From Macrostomum lignano (taxonomy: Eukaryota), in assembly GCA_002269645.1 (NCBI GenBank), contig NIVC01002661.1, positions 1 to 64,000 of the forward strand: a stretch of DNA of 64,000 nt. Direction: 5' to 3'. Positions within the stretch are counted from its first letter, which is position 1; each line of letters starts with the position of its first letter. The notes beneath the pieces were generated by a model. That model had not been told where the DNA came from and ran no database searches. It saw only the letters and a list, made by a program, of their open reading frames with translations. Both the position numbers and the translations under genes were made by a program. This document shows positions 38,412-50,784 of the stretch, in pieces.

Positions 38412-39855
38412 GGTCTGTCTGATCTGTTGGGTCTGTCTGATCTGTTGGGTCTGTCTGATCTGTTGGGTCTGTCTGATCTGTTGGGTCTGTTGGGTCTGTC
38501 TGATCTGTTGGGTCTGTCTGATCTGTTGGGTCTGTCTGATCTGTTGGGTCTGTCTGATCTGTTGGGTCTGTCTGATCTGTTGGGTCTGTCTGATCTGTTG
38601 GGTCTGTCTGATCTGTTGGGTCTGTCTGATCTGTTGGGTCTGTCTGATCTGTTGGGTCTGTCTGATCTGTTGGGTCTGTCTGATCTGTTGGGTCTGTCTG
38701 ATCTGTTGGGTCTGTCTGATCTGTTGGGTCTGTCTGATCTGTTGGGTCTGTCTGATCTGTTGGGTCTGTCTGATCTGTTGGGTCTGTCTGATCTGTTGGG
38801 TCTGTCTGATCTGTTGGGTCTGTTGGGTCTGTCTGATCTGTTGGGTCTGTCTGATCTGTTGGGTCTGTTGGGTCTGTTGGGTCTGTTGGGTCTGTTGGGT
38901 CTGTCTGATCTGTTGGGTCTGTTGGGTCTGTCTGATCTGTTGGGTCTGTCTGATCTGTTGGGTCTGTCTGATCTATTGGGTCTGTCTGATCTATTGGGTC
39001 TGTCTGATCTGTTGGGTCTGTCTGATCTGTTGGGTCTGTCTGATCTGTTGGGTCTGTCTGATCTATTGGGTCTGTCTGATCTGTTGGGTCTGTCTGATCT
39101 GTTGGGTCTGTCTGATCTGTTGGGTCTGTCTGATCTGTTGGGTCTGTCTGATCTGTTGGGTCTGTCTGATCTGTTGGGTCTGTCTGATCTGTTGGGTCTG
39201 TCTGATCTGTTGGGTCTGTCTGATCTGTTGGGTCTGTCTGATCTGTTGGGTCTGTCTGATCTGTTGGGTCTGTCTGATCTGTTGGGTCTGTCTGATCTGT
39301 TGGGTCTGTCTGATCTGTTGGGTCTGTCTGATCTATTGGGTCTATTTGATCTGTTGGGTCTGTCTGATCTATTGGGTCTATTTGATCTGTTGGGTCTATT
39401 TGATCTGTTGGGTCTGTCTGATCTGTTGGGTCTATTTGATCTGTTGGGTCTATTTGATCTGTTGGGTCTGTCTGATCTGTTGGGTCTGTCTGATCTGTTG
39501 GGTCTATTTGATCTGTTGGGTCTGTCTGATCTGTTGGGTCTGTCTGATCTGTTGGGTCTGTCTGATCTGTTGGGTCTATTTGATCTGTTGGGTCTGTCTG
39601 ATCTGTTGGGTCTGTCTGATCTGTTGGGTCTGTCTGATCTGTTGGGTCTATTTGATCTGTTGGGTCTGTCTGATCTATTGGGTCTGTCTGATCTGTTGGG
39701 TCTGTCTGATCTGTTGGGTCTATTTGATCTGTTGGGTCTGTCTGATCTGTTGGGTCTGTCTGATCTGTTGGGTCTATTTGATCTGTTGGGTCTGTCTGAT
39801 CTGTTGGGTCTGTCTGATCTGTTGGGTCTGTCTGATCTGTTGGGTCTGTCTGATC
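38412..39855. repeat. 18-bp minisatellite (TCTGTCTGATCTGTTGGG)n
   Basis: Direct inspection; source of the GLSDLL/WVCLIC ORFs. Confidence 0.97.
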
Positions 39856-40839
39856 TTACAGTTCTGATTTAACCAGAGTGACTTTGTAAGAGCAGCGATC
39901 GTGTCCAACACGTGCAGGTCAACCACATTTTCAGCAGACTTCCATTGCCAAATTGCCAATTTACGATCGGAGGCTAATCAATATTCATGCTGTTGAGGCC
40001 AGCAGGGAGTAATTAGTTTAGCGCTGCTGTCTTTTGCAGTACTATTAATAAGAGGACAGCTTATCCAAAATGAGTTAATCGAATGCAACTAAAATGGCTG
40101 GTTGACTACTGCATGCATCTCAGGATTCTCAATCTACATATGCGCTCGCAGTGGCGTAGAGGCGGAGGGGCAGTCTGGCTTTTGGCCATAGACAAAAATA
40201 TATACTAATTAAATGAACTTTCTAAATTAATAACTATTTTAATTGACTGTTTTTGGCACTTTAATGACCTGATCTGTGGCATTTTGTGGCCATTCCGTGG
40301 CCTGATCTTTTAATTTTTCTGCTTGGTCTTGATTTTCTTCACTTTGATAACTTTGTTTTTTTATTCTTAAAAATTTGATGGGCATGATAGGCTATATAGT
40401 TACATAATATGGCACAATAGCAATAGGAATGATTACGAGCATCCTACTGAGTCTTCCGCACATGCAAGCGCGCCAATACTGTACGCAGGCACAGCACTCG
40501 TACACACGCTCACACAGGGTGTACAGCAGCATTTTGACTTTCTAATCGTCAGGCATGTACACTCTCTGTGCCATTTTAAATTTTTCACTTTTTCATTTAA
40601 AGGTTGACAACGAGCGAGTCACCATCACGGCCAGGTCCATCCCAGCGACCTGTTGCGCCGACGGCGACCCCAGCTGGCATGCCACGTCATCCGCTCCGAG
40701 TCGCGGTGCTCACAGCCGGAGCAGGAGGTTCTGCTGCTGAAGCTGCGACTTCCTGTTGGTGGACGCCGACGCACCGGAATTCTGTCGGATAAATGGCCTA
40801 CGTTTGACAGCGTATTTTCTTTTTGTTTTACTTGTTGTT

Positions 40840-41435
<596 letters not shown>

Positions 41436-41720
41436 TGCCAGCCACCTTTCATCAACGGCTAGGGGCCTCCTCCCTGGCCTCCCATGGCGGGTGACCTCGC
41501 CAGCATTCCTAGTCGTAGTATTTCAGAGCTTCTTCCAGTTGCTCACAAACCGCCTGAAGGCCACTGCAACACCACGCCCTCCTTCCATCCGTCGCCGGGC
41601 AGTCCCAGACATGCTGCATTGTCTCGTCTTCCATGTCGCAAAACCGGCGTAAGCTTTCGTCCTGGAGCCCTATCCTCTTCCTGTAGGCCGCCAATTCGAT
41701 CGAGTGGCCTGTGCGCATCT
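41436..41720 (-). mobile_element. 5'-truncated 3' end of an I/R1/Loa-group non-LTR retrotransposon
   Basis: MRTGHSIELAAYRKRIG..SLRRFC..EDETMQHVWDCP resembles the C-terminal CxxC..H..C knuckle of these ORF2s (compare LSGHG..CSFC..ETAEHFVSICP in the element at 50785-52239). Followed by a short 3' UTR and an (AAC)n(TAC)n tail. Confidence 0.7.
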
Positions 41721-42867
41721 AAGTAAATCTAAGTAACTTTTTACAGTGTGCCTCATTTATTAACTACGTCAGTTTGAGGCAGTTATCTGACTTTAACTGG
41801 TTTTAAACCCCCCCGCGCCGGCCTGGCCTCGCTTTGGTGGGTTGGTGGGGTGCTGGTGCTCTGCGTGCGTGCAGGGCTTAGGGCAGCCTCCCCCCCGCTC
41901 TGTGCTATTTAGTCACGCGTCGCGGCCGCTGAGTCGGCGTAATTTTGGCAAAATATTTTTTTCTCTTTTAAATTACAAAATCAATATATTTCGTCGCTTA
42001 AGGGGTTCGTTTTCCCTTTCTGGGCCGCGTCTGCCGGTCTTTTGTGCCACTTGCTTTTATTCTGCGTTAGTCTTTTGGGGTTTAAACTATCATTAAAGTT
42101 TCTGTCTAACTTTTATCGCATAATTGCGATTGCTTGGAAAAAAATCAAACCTCTAGTGAACAATTGCTTTACTAATTTTAAATTCAAAGTAGGTCGACTT
42201 TAAATGTCGAATCTGAAGGCACGAGAAAGTTGCGGTTCAAGTGTGAGATGCAGCGACTCCGCCTGATTCAGGTGGTCAGCGCGTTGCTATGCACACAGTT
42301 TTTTACTGCACTGGCAAAGCTCAGTGTACACCCAGCAGCACCGCACACTCCCCCCCCAGATAGTGTGCATGCACTCTGCTGTGCCTTTCACAAGAGAGGC
42401 TGACACAATGAGCTCACAGGTAAGGGGCAGGGGCAGGTGAGAGGCGGGTTTGGGCAGACTGAAAGCATTAAAAAGCAGGTTTTGGCAGACTGGCGATGCC
42501 ACAAAGCAGAGTTTTGAGCCTACCTCAATTAATCCACTTCTTCTGCGAAGTGTATCGGTAAGTTTTCGAACCATATTGTCTGTTTGAATCGACTCTTAAG
42601 TCGATAATCCATCAAATCTGCATTTGTTCGCACGATTAAAATTATCTAAGTTTGTTCAATGGGAGTTGAATTACACATTTGCTTCATATGACAAGGTTTG
42701 AAAAGACTTCATTAGGCACTTATGTCTGCACAGTTCTCAATCTGCATTCAGTAATCTGAGCTGTCGAACTTGAGTTCCCTTCCAGTTCGGCTTATCTTAA
42801 CTGCTAGAGTTGCACTTCGCATTTCTTTTGTAGCGGATGTACTCAGTTATGAACAGAAGAACTCACG

Positions 42868-43245
42868 CATAAGCTTCGCCACGAACTTACTCATAAGCTC
42901 CCCCATGAACCCACTCATAAGCTCCCCCGTGAACCCACTCATAAAGCTCCCCCGTGAACTCACTCATAAAGCTCCATCATGAACTCACTGATAAAGCTCC
43001 ATCATGAACCCACTCATAAAGCTCCCCCGTGAACTCACTCATAAAGCTCCATCATGAACTCACTGATAAAGCTCCATCATGAACTCACTCATAAAGCTCC
43101 CCCGTGAACTCACTCATAAAACTCCCCCGTGAACCCACTCATAAAGCTCCCCCGTGAACCCACTCATAAAGCTCCCCCGTGAACCCACTCATAAGCTCCA
43201 CTATGAACTCACTCATAAAGCTCCACAAAGAACTCACTCACAAAC
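42868..43245. repeat. ~25-bp minisatellite (GAAC(T/C)CACTCATAAAGCTCC(CCCGT/ATCAT))n
   Basis: Direct inspection. Confidence 0.9.
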
Positions 43246-43266
43246 TCCTACAGCTAACAACCAGCA

Positions 43267-44100
43267 ATGGGTTCCTCGGCTGGCAAGGAAGAGCAGCCGC
43301 CGCCGCCGCAGTGGCGGGAGGCCGGGCGCACCGTGCCGGATCCGCGCGATCCGCCCGACGAAGAAGGCGCCGGTCGGAACTTTGACTTCGGCGATCGGGT
43401 CCGGCGCCAGCAGCCGGAACGAGCGGCGCCAACTGGCGAGCGCGGCATCGGACGCCCGTCCGATCCGTCCTCGGGAGCCGGAGGCGGCGGCGGCGGCAAC
43501 CGCGAGTTCATCCGGGTCGGCGACAGGCTGGAGAACAAGCCGATGGACAAGTTGCAGCACGGCCTGGGCGACCCAAAGCGGGAGAAATTCAAAGCGCCAG
43601 TTGACAAGAAGAAGCTGCGAGGCACCGTGGCGACTGAGAAGCAGCCAGGAGCCACGGCTGGCCGGCAGGTGCTGAACTGGGAGGAGGTGGACAACACCAG
43701 CTCCTACGTTGTGATATCGAAGCCACAGATGCTGGTGGAAGACGCCGAGCCCTACAATAAGAGGCCGTTGCCAACTTTTCGCAGAGGCGCTGACGTGGCC
43801 GAACTCGACGAAGAAGAGCTCGAGGCCAGACGGGAGGCGGAGCTGCTGCCGCTGGAGCAGCAGGTCGACCCGGGCGTCAACATTGACGGCTTGGAGATCG
43901 ACGCTGTCGGCTACCAGGCCAGGCTGGACCCCCTGCCGCTGCTGCTGCCGCGCAAGGCAAATGTGCCGAGGGAGGACTACCTGGGCACCGCCTGCGGCCA
44001 GGATGTCCTGGGCGTGGAGGACGACGGCTACGCCAGAGACGTTGGCCGGCTGCCAAATGGGGAGAGAATAAACTTGCTGCGCATCATTAGCCAGTATTGA
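43267..44100 (+). CDS. Hypothetical 277-aa protein, intronless, no recognised domain
   Basis: ATG-to-TGA ORF with GC-rich third positions like the other host exons here; starts MGSSAGK. Confidence 0.65.
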   Translation: MGSSAGKEEQPPPPQWREAGRTVPDPRDPPDEEGAGRNFDFGDRVRRQQPERAAPTGERGIGRPSDPSSGAGGGGGGNREFIRVGDRLENKPMDKLQHGLGDPKREKFKAPVDKKKLRGTVATEKQPGATAGRQVLNWEEVDNTSSYVVISKPQMLVEDAEPYNKRPLPTFRRGADVAELDEEELEARREAELLPLEQQVDPGVNIDGLEIDAVGYQARLDPLPLLLPRKANVPREDYLGTACGQDVLGVEDDGYARDVGRLPNGERINLLRIISQY

Positions 44101-44142
44101 AGGGCCTGTGCTGATTGGTGATTGGTTCTAGTCGGGGCTTAG

Positions 44143-44908
44143 CTGTTCGCTGTGTCAGTGAGGATGTTCGCTGTGTCATTGAGGATGTTCGCTGTGTCAG
44201 TGAGGATGTTCGCTGTGTCATTGAGGATGTTCGCTGTGTCAGTGAGGATGTTTGCTGTGTCAGTGAGGATGTTTGCTGTGTCAGTGAGGATGTTTGCTGT
44301 GTCAGTGAGGATGTTTGCTGTGTCAGTTTGGGTGTTTGCTGTGTCAGTGAAGATGTTTGCTGTGTCAGTTTGGGTGTTTGCTGTGTCAGTGAGGATGTTC
44401 GCTGTGTCAGTGAGGATGTTTGCTGTGTCAGTGAGGATGTTCACTGTGTCAGTGAGGATGTTTGCTGTGTCAGTGAGGATGTTTGCTGTGTCAGTTTGGG
44501 TGTTTGCTGTGTCAGTGAGGATGTTTGCTGTGTCAGTTTGGGTGTTTGCTGTGTCAGTGAGGATGTTCGCTGTGTCAGTGAGGATGTTCGCTGTGTCAGT
44601 GAGGATGTTCGATGTGTCAGTGAGGCTGTTCGCTGTGTCAGTGAGGATGTTCGATGTGTCAGTGAGGATGTTCGCTGTGTCAGTGAGGATGTTTGCTGTG
44701 TCAGTGAGGATGTTCACTGTGTCAGTGAGGATGTTTGCTGTGTCAGTGAGGATGTTCGCTGTGCCATGAGGATATTCCCTGAGGTCAGTGAGGGAGGATA
44801 TTTCATGAGGTCAGTGAGGATATTCCCTGAGGTCAGTGAGGGAGGATATTCCCTGATGCCAGTGAGGATTTTCCCTGAGGTCAGTGAGGACGTTCGCTGT
44901 GTCAGTGA
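44143..44908. repeat. 21-bp minisatellite (GTGTCAGTGAGGATGTTCGCT)n
   Basis: Direct inspection. Confidence 0.95.
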
Positions 44909-46440
44909 CGCAATGCAATGCGGTATCGTGTATTGACTCAAGTAGTACGCGTACTTTATAACATACTGTAAAATACTTCTCCAGTATTGGTATCAATATT
45001 TTTCTCTAAATATATACCCAACAATGCGACTGCTTTACAAGAAGCCGCGAAGCAGAAATTCTCTGAATAAATTTCGTTTCAATGCCATGCACATAGACTT
45101 TACATCGTAAATGGTGAGCTCTCATTCTGAAGAGAATGAACTTACAAGCTTTACTGGAGCTGGGACCGGATTCCCGCAGTGACCTGGGGTCGGGGATCTG
45201 CAGTCAGAGGCCTGCAGTAACAACACAGAATTGCTTTCATTTCGTGCTCAAGAGGACTCCTCAATTGCAGCCATGATTCCGTGCCCTAGGTAGGCAACCT
45301 CGCCCCTCCCAGGTCCGGATGGCTGGATCAGAAGTTACCTTTCGCGTGCGGTGGTCCTCATGGTATTTGGTTTCTGGGGAGAGCATGACAGACTCGGGAA
45401 GGATCAAAGCTGGTCTGTCTGTACTCGACTCACTGCGCAGCACCTTGCAGTATCTTAACTAATTCGCAATTCAGAAATTGTTCCCCACCAAGCTTTCCTT
45501 TCTGCCTTCTTCTGGATGATCTGCCTGTCACGCGGCACAGAGCGAGGAATTTAATGCGAAGATGAATCCTTTCTTATGAAGGCTTTTATAACAATTTTTC
45601 ATTGCTTACATAACTCAATTAATTCATCGAGTATATTGATTATTCCTAACAAAATCGATAAAAGGGGATTGACTTAGCTGGAAACTCTTTCAACACGATA
45701 CTACTTGCATGATTTACCAATGAATCACTTGGATTACCAATGAATTGCAAGAAGGAATGCAACTCAGTTAATGCAGACGTTCTGGCCCCGAAGTACGAAT
45801 TAACGTTCCGAATATTAAAGAGGCACTGAAAGACCACTAGTGGCAACAGCATCGGAGCAATAAAGAATTAAGCCAATTAGGCTCCATATTTTGTTCACCT
45901 AAGCGGAATCGATCCGAGGATCCTGTCGCGTGAGCCAGACGCGTCACTTCTGAGATGCTTTCTGCCTCCCTTCCACAGGATTGGGCTGCTGTCGGTCGCT
46001 TTCACAACGTCGAAATCCACTACGGAGATAGGCAATTATGATCGGCATGTATGAATTTCCCATCTCCGCATGGCTTTTTGAGTCATGCCAGCCACAACTG
46101 AGGTGCTCTGAATTCTCCGCCTTCAACGTCTACCAGGTGCACGTCTGACAAGCGGCCAATCGTTTTGTTCTGCTACTTGGTTGGCGTAATTACGTCGTAA
46201 ATCCTAGGAGCACCTTGCGAGAAGTTTACGAACTCACGTCTGGGACATTTAACAGCTGCTGTCCTTTCCTGGCACGCAATCAACCGTCTGCTCAGACAGT
46301 GTCGGCACTACTGGAATTTAAGCATCCCATTGATGACTGCCGTGCGCCTTTTTACTCAATTGACAGGCCCACAAACACGGATGTCTCAGGAGTTTCCTAT
46401 AGGCCTTTTTTAGATGGCTTTAGCGTTTAGGTAGCCCACC

Positions 46441-46485
46441 CAAGGACGACTTAAGTAACGTATATATCTACTTAAGTAGTCCTTG
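46441..46485. mobile_element. 45-bp hairpin insertion flanked by an 8-bp direct repeat (putative miniature TIR element or footprint)
   Basis: AGCCCACC | CAAGGAC-g-ACTTAAGTA-(11 nt)-TACTTAAGT-a-GTCCTTG | AGCCCACC. Confidence 0.5.
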
Positions 46486-47135
46486 AGCCCACCCTTAGAT
46501 ACCGTAGCTTAGTGGTCGCCAGAGGGGTTAGCGGAATGAAGCCAAATAAAGTAAGTCCAAGGCCGATCAAATATAAAAATGTTGATTATTTACAACGGAT
46601 TGCGGTGTAAACAGAGTATTCATTGCATCAAATGTTTTTGGCGAGTTTTTCTTCTACAGGACCATAATAATAAAAATTATTAAGGCGATCAATAGCAGGA
46701 ACGGGTGCCCCAGCTAATGACTGAAGTTTTACCAATTTGGGCGAGGCAAAAACACGCATTTTATGCCCGGAACACTGGGCTTGTTTATAGGACTCTGCAG
46801 TCTTCCATCCACAGGAAGACTGTCTAATTGCATAGAGGATGACGATAGCTCATACGTGTCGAATTCGATCGCGACTGCAATTAATTCTGGGGCCGATTAA
46901 GCGTCATCAATAAGACTAAAATTAAGGAGGCTGCAGGTTTCACCATGCTTTCGTGATCAATTTCTGCCTTGAGCTGTGCGATGTTATATAACTTATGCTT
47001 GCTTTAGAGCGATTGGAGTGCACAGTGACAGCAAGAGTGACTGCAGGCTGGGTGCTTGGGGAAACAAGAGTTAGAGAGAGTTTCTGCGATCTGAGACTGG
47101 CTGTAGTGTACGTCCAGTCTATGCCTTTACTCTAC

Positions 47136-47775
47136 TGTGATGACTAACTATAGCCCTCTCGACCAACGTGCACTGACTTGTCCCTCAACTGTTGCGTAAC
47201 ATTGTAGCCGCACGTCGGCAGTGATACTATATAGTAGCTCAAATATACGGTCCATGAGACCATGATTTTCTCAGCACACAAGCGCACTACAATGGCGTCG
47301 CAAGCAAGCCTACCCACACCGCCCACATTGAACTTGCGCGAGGAGCCCAATGCGGCACATACGAAGTGGAGCAAGTGGCTGGCTCAGTTCCAGCTGTTCG
47401 CCGCGGCTGCTGACATCTCTGACAAGAAGCGACTTCGCCAACTCCTTCTATACACAGCGGGCGAGGACTTGCAGGCCGTTGCAGCCGGACTCGCCGACAC
47501 CGATGATGACGTCGACAAGCTCATCAAGGCTCTCAATGAGCACTTCACCAGCCAGCTCAACCTGCCCTTCACCCGCTACCAGTTCCGGCTGTGCACCCAG
47601 CAGACCGGAGAGTCCCTGGACGACTGGCTGCGGCGGCTCAACAACACCGCGGACTGCTGCAAATTCGAAGGCCTCCGGGACTCGCTGATCCGCGACCAGC
47701 TGATCGCCGGCTGCAGCTCCGAGCAGCTCCGCAGGAAGCTGCTGGCCATGGACAACGTGGACCTGGGCCTACTTG
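47136..47775 (+). mobile_element. Truncated Ty3/gypsy (Mag-like) fragment: putative short 5' LTR (47136-47291), PBS-like site and gag N-terminal half
   Basis: TGT...ACA bounded segment followed by TGGCGTCGCAAGCAAG. Gag motifs KWSKWLAQFQLF, LLLYTAGEDL, RYQFRLCTQQTGESLDDWLRRL..C.F..LIRDQLIAG..LRRKLL. Similarity stops at about 47770. Confidence 0.7.
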
Positions 47776-50700
47776 ATGTATCCGTAAGATTTAACGGGAG
47801 TGACAGTGACCAGTGAAGTTGAAGTGGAGTTGAAAATGTTTAAAGTGAGAGTTTTTAAATGAAAACAATGGCTTTCAAACCAGTTTACGGAGTATAAACA
47901 ATTTGTAGCGGTATAGTTATCAAATACTCGTAAATATTACGTGGCTAAAACTAGAATAGCTGGAAAGTTGTTATTGGTCTGGTAGTTATGAATGCTATTC
48001 ACAATTTATTTATTCATGTGAAGCAATCAGTCGCGCCAAAAAGTCGAAGAATATAGAATAAATCTTAAAAAAATAATAAGCAGGGAGCAGGGCATTACGA
48101 GTACGACTGTACTGCGATCAAGGCTGGCTGTCGTAGAGTTTCTTAGACCTTGAAAAGCTGCATTTATTAATTATCATATTTTCAAAGGCATGCTTGAATG
48201 CTTATTTTGCTACCGTCTCGCTAATTAGAGACGATTGACCTCATAATACTGAATATATAATTCGATTCGTGGAGTCTAGCACTCGAACTCCTTGAAATTA
48301 ACTTGTGGAAAGAAAATGGTTTGACTAAGAAAGTTTCCCAGATCCTTAATCCAATTAAACTTAAGAATTCTTTCGATCCTCTCGCCCTCTTTCCAGTGTG
48401 CATTTTCACAAGTCAATTTGCATGCGGATCTGATTATTATTCAGTAAATATTTCAATCAATCTTCGATGCAAATTCAATTTTTCATCAACCACCAGGCAA
48501 CAATCACTTATCAATTGCCATATTCTCATTGCATGGCCAGTCTGTTCAGGGATTAATTTTTTTAAATGCGACATCACGTACATGTACATGTAATTCAAAT
48601 AATAAACAGACATGTGTAAAGGGTTTATTTGTCTATAAATATCGAAAATATCGCTGCGTGGAAAATAATGCAAAAACAAATAATACAGACAGATGCATCG
48701 GTTTGCGCGAGCCTGCGAGGAGGGCTAACCAACCAACCGCCTTGAGGTGCATGAGGGGGCTGTTTGGGTTGTTGGCTGTCTGGTGGGGGGGGTGATACTT
48801 TGTACATGTATTTAGGCACTTTGCTTTCGTTAGAATTGTTTCTCGCTAATTTATTAATTTTAAACCTTGTCTATTCCGTTCATTTTAACAATTACATGAA
48901 ATAAATACTATCGACTGAACTGGGGTGCATCTCCTAGCTTTTCGCTGCATCCCCGTCGCCACGCCACACTCAGTTTGTCTTTGCCTCTCCTTCACTAATA
49001 AAGTAGAAAAATAACATCCAGCATTCTATTGCATGCACGAATTCACACATTGAGACTGCCTGCTGTATGCATGCTGCATACATGTACATGCATGCGCATT
49101 GCACATGTTTGTGTTAAAGCCAAGATACGCTATTAAATATAAAGATATAAATGTTACCAATTTAAGCCTAGGTGTAGACATTGATTTCAGTGACGTTAGA
49201 GAAAATAGTACAATTTTCTTCTTGTTATATGCTGCCGGACAGTAGTTCTTCCGGTTTGAAATATTCGCGTGGGGAAATTTTTTTCTTTCTCACAGTCTAA
49301 CAAATCAAGTATGCACACTATTTTAGATTTTTTAAGTTTTTGTTTCTTCTTAAAGCCTAATTTTATTTTTTATGAGAAAACGTTTTACAAGTTTTATATT
49401 TGAGACAGTAATAAAAACCAAAAAAATTTAAAATATACATAAAAAGGGACAATTAGGAATATATCATATTCATATTTCAAATCATAAATTTATCATATGA
49501 CCAACACCTATTAGTATATATGCGGTATAGGCTGTATAATTTATATAACTTAGCCTTACTAAACAAGAAATAGAATATAAAACAGCTGTTATTCAATAGA
49601 CAATAATATATCGATAAAGCCATTGATAAGTATTTGATACAATGATTTTAAAAGGCATACATTTTATCACATTTTTTGCCTCTCTTCTCATTCATATTAA
49701 ATTGAGAAGTTTAGAATGAAATAGCAAGACATAAATCACATACAGGTATATTGATACCTAGGATAAATTAGTAAGTTTTGAGACAGTTATGCCTTAAATC
49801 CCACATTTTCTTTTAGGCCTAATCTAAAGCATAATTTTACATGTCTTTTAATGTGAAGCAATTCTTTTATTATTTTTTTATTAGGCTTTGTTTGTCTCAT
49901 TTGTGAGTTCAATAAACAATTGAGAATATACAAATTTTAAACTGAAAAATTTGTTTCTAGTTTTAATAAAATACCTCATTTTATATGATATATTATTTAA
50001 GTTTTTAAAGCTTTAGACTTTCAAAACATTGAAATAATAATAATAAATAAATAAAGTAAATAATGATATCTATATTAGTATACTATTAATTATAAGTCTA
50101 TGATTTAAAAATAATTTAAAGACATTGATTTGTTTGCAGATCTATTTTTTCCTTTAAATTAGGCCTAATAATATAATTATCAGTATTAATAGTTTTATTA
50201 AAATTGTTGGGCACTAGTCCATTAATAGCTTTATAAACATTAAAATTTTTCATTAACATTATTGGACTGTCATTAATGTTTTTCGCTATAACACATTAAT
50301 AAATTTTCATCAATAATTTTTTGACTTAATGTCAATAATAAATTCATGGTTACAATTAATGACAATGCCAATAAGAAAAAAACTAAAATATTAGTCTAAT
50401 GAGAAGTTACAACATAACAAATATATTTTAATTACCAAAGTGCCTAATTATTCTATTTTGTTTGTGATGACAATCAAAATCAAACATATAGGCCTATAAC
50501 AACTTCTTACTTATGAACCTCAATTTAATGAATAAAAATTATGAACTTTTTGCTTGCATATGAGCATCACTGTTATTCACTTCTTTCCCAATATTTTATA
50601 TCTTTCTATTGTGCCTGCTAGTGCTATTGAAACAACCTTCCTATTAAAATTTCTATTAACTAATTGGCTTTGAAGTTTTAAATAAATAAGCTTGACTTGA

Positions 50701-50784
50701 CTTAGCTGCAGGGCTGTCCCGGAGGGGACACAGCGGGAAGGCGCGGGCGCCCATTCCGCTAGTCCCTGAACGGCCGACGCGTCG

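Noticed and set aside
40602-40815. Possible + strand exon (VDNERVTITARS.. / ..EQEVLLLKLRLPV), weakly like a PIH1/CS domain
   Set aside because: It needs an assumed frameshift, the similarity is too weak, and no partner exons were found.
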